From an uncultured Lachnospiraceae bacterium (lineage in GTDB: Bacteria; Bacillota; Clostridia; Lachnospirales; Lachnospiraceae): 46,747 nucleotides of DNA. The notes below the pieces were generated by a model. The model was not told the origin of the DNA. It searched no databases and saw only the letters and a list, made by a program, of their open reading frames with translations. The stretch is taken from contig CANQEC010000001.1 of assembly GCA_947594335.1 (NCBI GenBank), positions 1 to 46,747 of the forward strand, given 5' to 3'. Positions 1 through 7,226 of the stretch are shown one piece after another. Made by a program: the position numbers and the translations under genes. Positions within the stretch are counted from its first letter, which is position 1. The number at the start of each line of letters is the position of its first letter.

Positions 1-399
1 GGGGCGGAAGCTCCGAAGAAAAAAGAGACGGTAAATTTCACAGCGGAGATCGTCAGCTGTTTTCATGAGGATCAGTACATTGGCTTTGTATTTAACAATG
101 AGGGGACGGCGGAAGGCCGTTACCGGATCGAACTGTATAATCTTGGCGGGAAGCAGAAAATGATGCTGGAGACGGATTACAGCTACAAGGGGATCCGGAT
201 GCAGAACGGACAGATTCTTCTGTACAACGACAACAGCTGCGCCGTGTATACAACGTCCGGCCATCTGTGGTTCCAGAGCAGCTATGAGAAAGAAGTCGTG
301 GACTTTTACTATTTTTCCGAATATCGAAAATATCTGGTCATCACGCAGGACAGCTTTGACCGGATCAGAATAGGCAAACAGGGGGGGAGCGAGTCATGA
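1..399 (+). CDS. Partial (5'-truncated) conserved protein, DUF5711-like C-terminus
   Basis: Frame 1 is open from base 1 (GAEAPKKKETVNFTAEIVSCFHEDQYIGFVF...) to TGA at 399 and overlaps the next ATG (ATGA). Beta-rich pattern; the family call is from recollection of the genes usually found next to CvpA. Confidence 0.6.
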   Translation, partial: GAEAPKKKETVNFTAEIVSCFHEDQYIGFVFNNEGTAEGRYRIELYNLGGKQKMMLETDYSYKGIRMQNGQILLYNDNSCAVYTTSGHLWFQSSYEKEVVDFYYFSEYRKYLVITQDSFDRIRIGKQGGSES

Positions 400-1112
400 A
401 TCTGATGGAGGTAATCGCACTGCTGATTATTGTACTGTTCGCGGCGGGGGGACTTCGCAGGGGATTTGTGCGAAAGCTGGCGTCCATCCTCTCTCTGGTG
501 GGATCGATCGTGCTGGTTTCGCTGGTGCTTCCGCATATGACGCAGTTTCTGAAAGAACAGACGCCGGTCTATTCTTACATTGTGGAACGGTGCCAGAGCG
601 CGGCAGTTTTTCAGATCGGAGATTCTGCGCCCGATGCCCTCATGCTTCCGGATGAGGCACAGGCCCAGATTATCCAGAATCTTCCGCTCCCGGAATTTCT
701 CCAGAAGCAGCTTGTCAGGCATAACAACAGCGAGGGATACCTGGAGCTTGGCGTGAGCACTTTTCAGGATTATGTGATCAATTATGCGGCGGCCGCGATA
801 CTGAACGCCCTGGCGTTTATTCTGGCGGTTATGCTGGTACACGCGGTGATATGGATCGCCGTTTCGCTGCTGGAAAAGCTGACCCATGTTCCCGGGATCA
901 GCCTGCTGAACAGGCTGGCCGGCGGCGCGCTGGGACTTCTGCAGGGACTGTTCGTGCTTTGTCTGCTGTTCCTTCTGCTCTCTGTGTTTGAAGCTGTTCC
1001 TCAGGTGCAGGGTGTTCTGGAGATGGTTCGGAAAAGCGCGGTTCTGAATTTTCTCTATGAGACAAATCTGTTTCTGCGCATTGCGCTGCGCGCAGCCGCG
1101 GTTTTTGCGTAG
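396..1112 (+). CDS. CvpA (colicin V production) family membrane protein
   Basis: N-terminal 'GLRRGFVRKLASILSLV' and C-terminal 'LNRLAGGALGLLQG' CvpA motifs; about 4 hydrophobic helices. Confidence 0.85.
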   Translation: MNLMEVIALLIIVLFAAGGLRRGFVRKLASILSLVGSIVLVSLVLPHMTQFLKEQTPVYSYIVERCQSAAVFQIGDSAPDALMLPDEAQAQIIQNLPLPEFLQKQLVRHNNSEGYLELGVSTFQDYVINYAAAAILNALAFILAVMLVHAVIWIAVSLLEKLTHVPGISLLNRLAGGALGLLQGLFVLCLLFLLLSVFEAVPQVQGVLEMVRKSAVLNFLYETNLFLRIALRAAAVFA

Positions 1113-1125
1113 CAGGAGGAAGTGC

Positions 1126-1233
1126 TCCGGGAAAGTTTTCATGATCGGAGCTGCCTGTGTGCGGGTATAAAAGCAGGCAGGGAAAGTTCCGGGAAAGTTT
1201 TTATGATCGGAGCTGTCCGCGCGGGTACAAAAG
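1126..1233 (+). repeat. Imperfect tandem direct repeat, two ~47-bp copies (62-bp period)
   Basis: tccgggaaagttttcatgatcggagctgcctgtgtgcgggtataaaag (1126-1173) versus tccgggaaagtttttatgatcggagctgtccgcgcgggtacaaaag (1188-1233). Confidence 0.85.
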
Positions 1234-1258
1234 TTTGATCTGGGAGGGAGATCCGGGA

Positions 1259-2230
1259 ATGATACGGAAAATAATGGCGGCTGCGCTGGCGCTCCTGGCG
1301 TTTAGCGGGGCGGCGGCAGGTATATGGAAGATCAATCAGAAAGTCAACAGCCTTTCGGAGACTGTCCTGCAGATGCAGCAGGCGCGGCATCTTACAGCCG
1401 CGGAAGACCGGTGCGGCTATATTCCTGATCTGTTTCCCGCGAAAAAGGGCTGGAAGGTGACGCAGTTCGGAGACGTCTCACAGATGCAGGAGATGTGCTA
1501 TACGATCACGACGGATACAGGGCTGGTAATCATTGACGGCGGCTGGGAATACGAGGAGCCGCGTCTGCGGAATATCATTGCCCGGTACGGGAACAGTGTG
1601 GAGGCGTGGATACTGACGCATCCTCATGCGGATCATATATCGGCGTTTCTGAATATTTACAAGGATCCGCAGGGGATACAGATACATCACATCTATACGG
1701 TGGAGCTTCCGGACTATGATACGCTGAAGGCGAACGCCTCATGGGATGATTATTCTGCGCTGGAGCGTTTCCGCGGTCTTGAGATCCCGCAGCTGGAATA
1801 TCTTCATACGGGAGATGAGAGGGATATTCTCGGGCTTAAGATGGAGGTGCTGAGCGCGTACAGCGATAAGGTTGATGAACTTTCGAATGATCTCCTCAAC
1901 GATGGTTCCATGATGTTCCGTGTAAGCGGAGAGAGGGATTCCATGCTGTTCTGCGCGGATGTGGGGAAAAGCCTGACAGATTATCTGATCGAAGAGTACG
2001 GCCCAAAGCTGAAGTCAGATTATGTCCAGATGGGACACCATGGGTACGGTGGTCCGGGCTCTGCGTTTTATGAGGCGGCAGGCCCGAAAGCAGTCTTTTT
2101 TGACGCTCCGCATTCCCTGATGAGCGGTGAGTTTGAGAAGAGTACCGTGGAGAAAGAAAAACTGGTCCGTGATATGGGGTGCGTAATTTACAGTTATTAT
2201 ACGGCGCCGAATCAGATTCTGCTGGAATGA
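1259..2230 (+). CDS. Membrane-anchored/secreted MBL-fold metallo-hydrolase (ComEC/Rec2-like)
   Basis: THPHADH (HxHxDH), IIDGG, ADVG and GHHG motifs; N-terminal hydrophobic helix; GGAGGGAG RBS before ATG 1259. Confidence 0.8.
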   Translation: MIRKIMAAALALLAFSGAAAGIWKINQKVNSLSETVLQMQQARHLTAAEDRCGYIPDLFPAKKGWKVTQFGDVSQMQEMCYTITTDTGLVIIDGGWEYEEPRLRNIIARYGNSVEAWILTHPHADHISAFLNIYKDPQGIQIHHIYTVELPDYDTLKANASWDDYSALERFRGLEIPQLEYLHTGDERDILGLKMEVLSAYSDKVDELSNDLLNDGSMMFRVSGERDSMLFCADVGKSLTDYLIEEYGPKLKSDYVQMGHHGYGGPGSAFYEAAGPKAVFFDAPHSLMSGEFEKSTVEKEKLVRDMGCVIYSYYTAPNQILLE

Positions 2231-2241
2231 ACTTTTTCCGG

Positions 2242-2270
2242 TTGACAAATCCATATCGGAATGCTACACT
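2242..2270 (+). promoter_or_regulatory. Sigma-A promoter of the T-box leader
   Basis: TTGACA-17 bp-TACACT with extended -10 TG. Confidence 0.85.
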
Positions 2271-2284
2271 TTATTCCGACAAAG

Positions 2285-2643
2285 GAAGAAACCGATGAGA
2301 AAGAGTAGTAAGCATATTTGCGACATACCAGAGAGCTGCAGACGGTGGAAATGCGGCATGAAGCGGTTTGCCGAATGGACTTTCAAGGGCGATCTGAAAT
2401 GCCGGGGCACAGTAGGGGATGCCGGGAACCGAACCCGTTATCAATCTGGAGTGTATTGTCTGGAGAGCATGTCTTTGGGCAGAGCGGCGGCGGACTTATA
2501 AGCGCGAAGCAGTCTGTGGATCTGGCGCCTGTTTTCGGACAATGTTTTCAGTACACGCGAGAGTGGGCATTTGGCCAAAGTGAGTGGCACCGCGATAATA
2601 AGATTTTATTACCGTCTCAGATGAAAGTCTGGGGCGATTTTTA
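2285..2643 (+). ncRNA. T-box riboswitch, Trp specifier
   Basis: Stem I motifs AGTA, AGAGA and GGTGGAA; specifier GAA-TGG-A (TGG 2376-2378); AGTA/GAA stem II; CCGTTATC; T-box AAAGTGAGTGGCACCGCG at 2577-2594; antiterminator arm CGTCTCA; terminator 2612-2642. Confidence 0.92.
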
Positions 2644-2726
2644 TGTCACGACAAATTATTCGCCTGGTATTCTTCCCGCGCACAGTAAACGGCTGAGGCC
2701 GCGAATCAGGAAAAGGAGAAAGGATT

Positions 2727-3731
2727 ATGAAAAAGAAAATTTTGGCATGTGCAGCAGGCTCCGTTATAGCGGCTATTATGATGGCGGGAACAGCTATGGC
2801 GGCAGAGTACAAGGTAGGTATTATTCAGTTTGTGGATGACGCTTCTCTGAATCAGATTGAGCAGGCCATTGAGGCTGAGCTGGACGCGAAATCTGCGGAA
2901 GGCGAAGATCAGTATATTTACGATGGCTATGTGTTTAACGGACAGGCGGATTCTACGACGCTGAACCAGATCGCTTCCCAGCTGATCGCGGACGAGGTGG
3001 ATGTGATCGTTCCGATCGCAACGCCGGCGGCGCAGATTGTGCAGTCTGCTACAGAAGATAATCAGATTCCGGTTGTTTTTTCAGCGGTATCCGATCCGGT
3101 AGGCGCAGGTCTTGTGGAATCAATGGAAGCTCCGGGAGCAAATATCACGGGTACGAGCGACGCGCTTGACACAAACGCGATTCTTGATCTGATGTTTATC
3201 GCGAACCCGGATATCGATAAGGTAGGATTCCTGTACAGCCAGTCGGAGGATTCTTCCAAGCAGCCGATCGCGGACGCGAAGGATTATCTGGATGAGAAGG
3301 GCATCGCGTATGTTGAGAAGACCGGAACGAACAATACAGAGGTTTCCCAGGCGGCGGATGCGCTGATTGCTGAGGAAGTTGACGCAATCTTCACTCCGAG
3401 CGACAATACGGTCATGACCGCGGAGCTGGCGATCTATGAAAAGCTGATCGAGGCCGGTATCCCGCACTATGCAGGAGCGGATTCTTTCGCGCTCAACGGA
3501 GCATTCTGCGGCTATGGCGTGGATTATGAGAACCTTGGAACCATGACGGCGGATATGGTCGTTGATATCCTTAATGGGGCTGCTCCGGCGGAGACAGCAG
3601 TTATGACTTTTGATAATGGTATCGCGACGATCAACACGGAGACCGCGGAGGCCCTGGGCCTGGATTACAGCGGCTTCGCGGATGTCTGCGCACAGGTAAA
3701 AGAGACGGTGACCGCTGAAGAATTTGAGTGA
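2727..3731 (+). CDS. ABC transporter substrate-binding protein (ABC_sub_bind family), probable tryptophan/aromatic amino-acid binding (TrpX-like)
   Basis: 'KVGIIQFV', 'IATPAAQ', 'IPVVFSAVSDPVGAGLV' and 'NITGTSD' family motifs; lies downstream of the Trp T-box. Confidence 0.88.
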   Translation: MKKKILACAAGSVIAAIMMAGTAMAAEYKVGIIQFVDDASLNQIEQAIEAELDAKSAEGEDQYIYDGYVFNGQADSTTLNQIASQLIADEVDVIVPIATPAAQIVQSATEDNQIPVVFSAVSDPVGAGLVESMEAPGANITGTSDALDTNAILDLMFIANPDIDKVGFLYSQSEDSSKQPIADAKDYLDEKGIAYVEKTGTNNTEVSQAADALIAEEVDAIFTPSDNTVMTAELAIYEKLIEAGIPHYAGADSFALNGAFCGYGVDYENLGTMTADMVVDILNGAAPAETAVMTFDNGIATINTETAEALGLDYSGFADVCAQVKETVTAEEFE

Positions 3732-3740
3732 TAAAGCCCA

Positions 3741-4046
3741 GTCTCCATGCAAAACAGTCGGCAAGCTTGCTTGCCAGGCTGGATTTGCATGAGAGACGCT
3801 AACATACATGAGCAAAGCAGCAATTGCGAACGAAGAGAGCAATGCGGTGCCGCGTGCCAGTGGCGCGCGTTAGGCACGGACCGAAACGAAGTGAAGACTT
3901 TGCTCATGTATGTAGGAGCGCGGGAGTGCGGGAGCACGGAGCGATCCGTGGCTTTATCAGAAAAACAGTCCGTTTCAGGGACAGCAGGCAAATTTATTTG
4001 TCTGTCTGGCCATGCTTTAGCGACGCTAACATACATGAGCAAAGCA
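3741..4046. repeat. Intergenic palindromic composite (MITE/REP-like)
   Basis: Exact 25-bp direct repeat GACGCTAACATACATGAGCAAAGCA at 3795-3819 and 4022-4046; inverted 16-bp copy at 3898-3913; long hairpin at about 3741-3797. Confidence 0.8.
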
Positions 4047-4088
4047 TCACAGACTCAAAGCAGCACAGACTAATAGAAGGAGACACGT

Positions 4089-5021
4089 ATGGGTTCATTG
4101 TTATCGCTTCCAGTGATCATCAGCGCACTGGAACTTGGTTTTATCTACGCGCTTGTGGCGCTGGCACTGTTCCTGAGTTATTCGATTCTGAACATTGCCG
4201 ATCTGTCCACAGACGGATGTTTCACGCTTGGCTGCGCTGTCGGCGCGCAGGTGGTGATCATGGGACATCCGATTCTGGCCTTGTTTGCCGCGATGCTGGC
4301 AGGCGTGTGCTCAGGTTATATTATGGCGTTACTGCAGACGAAGCTGGGAGTAGAATCCATACTCGCCGGGATTATCGTGAATACAGGACTGTATACGGTC
4401 AATCTGGCTGTCATGGGATTTTCGTCGAATCTTTCCATCTTTAAAAGCGACACAATCTATTCCTTATTTAAAGATATGCTGGGGAATACCTCCTACAAGC
4501 TGGTTGTTTCCATCGTGATCGTGCTGGCTGCCTGCGCGGCCATGGCATGGTTCCTCGGAACAAGGCTTGGTCTGTCTATCCGGGCGACCGGCGACAATTC
4601 GGATATGGTGAAAGCTTCGAGCATCAATCCCGGTTTTACCATTACGGTCGGACTGTGCATCTCAGGTTCTTTGACCGCGCTGTCCGGCTGTCTGATCGGG
4701 CAGTATCAGAAGTCATGCGATATTAACCTCGGGACAGGCATGGTTACGATCGCGCTGGCAAGTCTGATCATTGGAGAAACGCTGGTCGGGAAGAGCAGTA
4801 TTTTCCGCAGGATCGCCGGCGTCATTATCGGCAGCTGCCTGTACCGTTTTGCGATTGCAGTCGCGCTTCGCCTGCATATTCCGGCGGAGTGCCTGAAGCT
4901 GGTATCCGCGGTGATCGTTGCGGTGGCCATCGCCTCCCCGTATCTGAAGAGTCAGGTTGCCTTCCAGAGAAGGAAGATGGCGGCCGTCTCCGCCGGGAAA
5001 GGAGGAGATGGCGCATGTTAA
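4089..5021 (+). CDS. ABC transporter permease (TrpY-like, BPD_transp_2)
   Basis: 'ADLSTDGCFTLG', 'LAGIIVNTGLY', 'GLSIRATGDN' and 'GTGMVTIALASLIIGE' motifs; multiple TM helices. Confidence 0.9.
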   Translation: MGSLLSLPVIISALELGFIYALVALALFLSYSILNIADLSTDGCFTLGCAVGAQVVIMGHPILALFAAMLAGVCSGYIMALLQTKLGVESILAGIIVNTGLYTVNLAVMGFSSNLSIFKSDTIYSLFKDMLGNTSYKLVVSIVIVLAACAAMAWFLGTRLGLSIRATGDNSDMVKASSINPGFTITVGLCISGSLTALSGCLIGQYQKSCDINLGTGMVTIALASLIIGETLVGKSSIFRRIAGVIIGSCLYRFAIAVALRLHIPAECLKLVSAVIVAVAIASPYLKSQVAFQRRKMAAVSAGKGGDGAC

Positions 5022-5089
5022 GAACAGGGAATGAGAGAAAAAGCATGGCAGTCTTCTCTGTCGGGAAAGGAGGGGACGGCGCATGCTGA
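5015..5089 (+). CDS. Putative 24-aa mini-ORF created by duplication of the permease/ATPase junction
   Basis: RBS AAAGGAGGAG, then ATG 5015 (overlapping the permease stop), reading MLRTGNERKSMAVFSVGKGGDGAC to TGA 5089 (overlapping the ATPase ATG). Confidence 0.4.
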   Translation: MLRTGNERKSMAVFSVGKGGDGAC

Positions 5090-5889
5090 GACTGGTGAAT
5101 GTGAAGAAGGTGTTCAACGCCGGAACCGTCAATGAGAAGGTTGCGCTTGACGGTGTGACTCTGACGGTCAATGACGGCGATTTTGCCACGATCATTGGCA
5201 GCAACGGCGCCGGAAAATCCACGCTGTTCAACTGTATCGGCGGCAGCTTCTATGTGGATGAAGGCAGTGTGTTTCTCGACGACAGGAATATTACCTACGT
5301 GCCCGACTATAAGCGGGCGGTGGAGATCGGCCGGCTCTTTCAGGATCCGATGAAAGGCACGGCTCCGCATATGACGATCGAGGAAAATCTGGCGCTTGCG
5401 TATCTGCGCGTGGCAAAGAAAAAATCTGTTTTTTCAAGAATCAGCCAGACGGAGCGCAATATGTTCCGCGAAAGGCTTGCGCTTCTTGATATGGGCCTTG
5501 AGGATCGGATGAAGCAGCCGGTCGGGCTGCTCTCAGGCGGCCAGAGACAGGCGCTTACCCTTCTGATGGCGACGCTGATCCCGCCGAAGATCCTGCTCCT
5601 TGACGAACACACGGCGGCGCTTGACCCGGCCACAGCGGATAAAGTTATCGATCTGACAAAGAGGGTTGTGCAGGAGAACCATCTGGCCTGCCTGATGATC
5701 ACGCACAACATGCATTCCGCTCTGGAGATGGGGAACCGGACGCTGATGATGGACTCCGGAAAAATTGTGCTGGATATCAGCGGCGAAGAGCGCGACGGGC
5801 TGACTGTTGACGGACTGCTGGAAAAGTTCAGCGCCGGGGCAGGCAAAGAACTCGACAACGACAGAATATTGTTTTCAAAGGTAGAGTGA
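5083..5889 (+). CDS. ABC transporter ATP-binding protein (TrpZ-like)
   Basis: Walker A GSNGAGKST, signature LSGGQRQ, Walker B LLLDEH, H-loop ITH. Confidence 0.93.
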   Translation: MLRLVNVKKVFNAGTVNEKVALDGVTLTVNDGDFATIIGSNGAGKSTLFNCIGGSFYVDEGSVFLDDRNITYVPDYKRAVEIGRLFQDPMKGTAPHMTIEENLALAYLRVAKKKSVFSRISQTERNMFRERLALLDMGLEDRMKQPVGLLSGGQRQALTLLMATLIPPKILLLDEHTAALDPATADKVIDLTKRVVQENHLACLMITHNMHSALEMGNRTLMMDSGKIVLDISGEERDGLTVDGLLEKFSAGAGKELDNDRILFSKVE

Positions 5890-5899
5890 TCTGCAGGAT

Positions 5900-6961
5900 A
5901 TGAGGAAATGGATAAAAAGAACCGGGATAGCAGCGCTGCTGTCCGCCTGCGTGCTTTCCGGCGGATGTGCGATGGGCGGGGCGACCGGTGAGAACACAGT
6001 GGCGGGAAACGAGGCTCTTGAAGAAGGCAATTATGGGAAGGCACAGGAGCTGTTCTCAAAAGCGGTGGAGAACGGCGAGGTAAAGGTTCTGGCGTATCGG
6101 GGACTGGGTATGGCGTGTATGGGACTTGCGCAGTACGAGGACGCGGCAGATGCTTTTGAGAACGCGATCGACAGTGCGGACCGGAAAATGCCAAAGACGG
6201 TCAAAGATATCCGTCTCTATCTTTCCTCTGTAAAATACCGGCTGGGAGATTACGAGGATACCGAAAAAATATGCAGCGAGATTCTTGCGGATGAGGATGA
6301 GCCCAGCGTGGACGCGTATTTTCTGCGGGGAGCAAGCCTTCTGATGCAGGGCAGCGAAGAAGAGGCAAGAAAAGATTTTGACGCTGCCGCCGCCATCACC
6401 CCGGATGACTATATGTTGTATTTGAATATTTATGAGTGCTATGAAAAGGCAAATCTGTCGGGAACGGGAAGCTCCTACCTCCAGAGCGCTCTGGATATCC
6501 ATGGGGATACGATGGAGGACGCCTGTCACAGAGGCCGGATCTATTATTATCTTGAGGATTATGAGAAGGCACAGAGCGAGCTGATCCATCCGGCGGAGGA
6601 GAAACATGAAGAGTCCATGTTTCTGCTGGGACAGGTGTATCTGGCTCTTGAGGATTATACGCACGCGCGGAATATGTATGAGAATATACATGCCTCGTTC
6701 GGTGAGAGCGCGCAGTATTATAATGGAATGGCAATGTGCGCGATGAAAGAGGAAAAGTACGATGAGGCGCTGCAGTATATACAGCAGGGACTTCTGATGG
6801 ACGGCTATTCCGGAAAGCAGGAACTGTATTTTAATGAAATGGTTGCCTACGAGAAAAAGCTTGATTTCGAGACGGCAAAGCAGAAAGCGCAGGAATATGT
6901 CGTCAGATATCCATCGGATGAGCGCGGACAAAAGGAAGTGCAGTTTTTGCAGTCGCGATGA
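5900..6961 (+). CDS. Exported TPR-repeat protein (possible lipoprotein)
   Basis: Signal peptide ending LSGGC; multiple TPR-like helices (AYRGLG, AYFLRG, HRGRIYY, FLLGQVY). Confidence 0.8.
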   Translation: MRKWIKRTGIAALLSACVLSGGCAMGGATGENTVAGNEALEEGNYGKAQELFSKAVENGEVKVLAYRGLGMACMGLAQYEDAADAFENAIDSADRKMPKTVKDIRLYLSSVKYRLGDYEDTEKICSEILADEDEPSVDAYFLRGASLLMQGSEEEARKDFDAAAAITPDDYMLYLNIYECYEKANLSGTGSSYLQSALDIHGDTMEDACHRGRIYYYLEDYEKAQSELIHPAEEKHEESMFLLGQVYLALEDYTHARNMYENIHASFGESAQYYNGMAMCAMKEEKYDEALQYIQQGLLMDGYSGKQELYFNEMVAYEKKLDFETAKQKAQEYVVRYPSDERGQKEVQFLQSR

Positions 6962-6988
6962 AAATATAAAAATAGCAGGGAAATATGA

Positions 6989-7033
6989 CCGGCTTTTGAT
7001 CCTGTGCCGCAGGGTTGAGAGCCGGATTTTTAT
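6989..7033 (+). terminator. Rho-independent terminator
   Basis: ccggcttttgatcctg..cagggttgagagccgg stem followed by attttt. Confidence 0.6.
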
Positions 7034-7142
7034 GCGCAGGCCCGCATGAGGAAGATAGCTGCCAAGGCAGCATGCGGGCCGCGCAGCCGGGCAGGAGAAA
7101 TCATTCCTGCCCGATTTTATCAGGCCCGCATAAGGGAAATAG
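7034..7142 (+). repeat. Dispersed two-hairpin repeat, copy A plus a partial second unit
   Basis: gcgcaggcccgcat-gaggaagata-gctgccaaggcagc-atgcgggccgcgca, then gggcaggagaaatcattcctgcccgat; homologous to copies at 17561, 33716, 35617 and 42525. Confidence 0.88.
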
Positions 7143-7193
7143 AGATTATTTAGAGATAGTTTAAAGATTATTTAGAGATTTGTGTGCTACAGT
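7141..7193 (+). promoter_or_regulatory. Four tandem 11-bp repeats abutting an extended -10 (probable OmpR/PhoB-family regulator site)
   Basis: agagattattt/agagatagttt/aaagattattt/agagatttgtg (7141-7184), then TG-C-TACAGT (7185-7193); no good -35. Confidence 0.65.
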
Positions 7194-7226
7194 GGAGATA
7201 ATCACAGGGATAAGGAGGATAAATTT

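Noticed and set aside
2295-2839. ORFs in the ABC leader as leader peptides
   Set aside because: The region is fully explained by the T-box RNA.
3747-4444. ORFs 3747-4073 and 3824-4444
   Set aside because: They run through a palindromic non-coding element or overlap the permease out of frame, and have aberrant composition.
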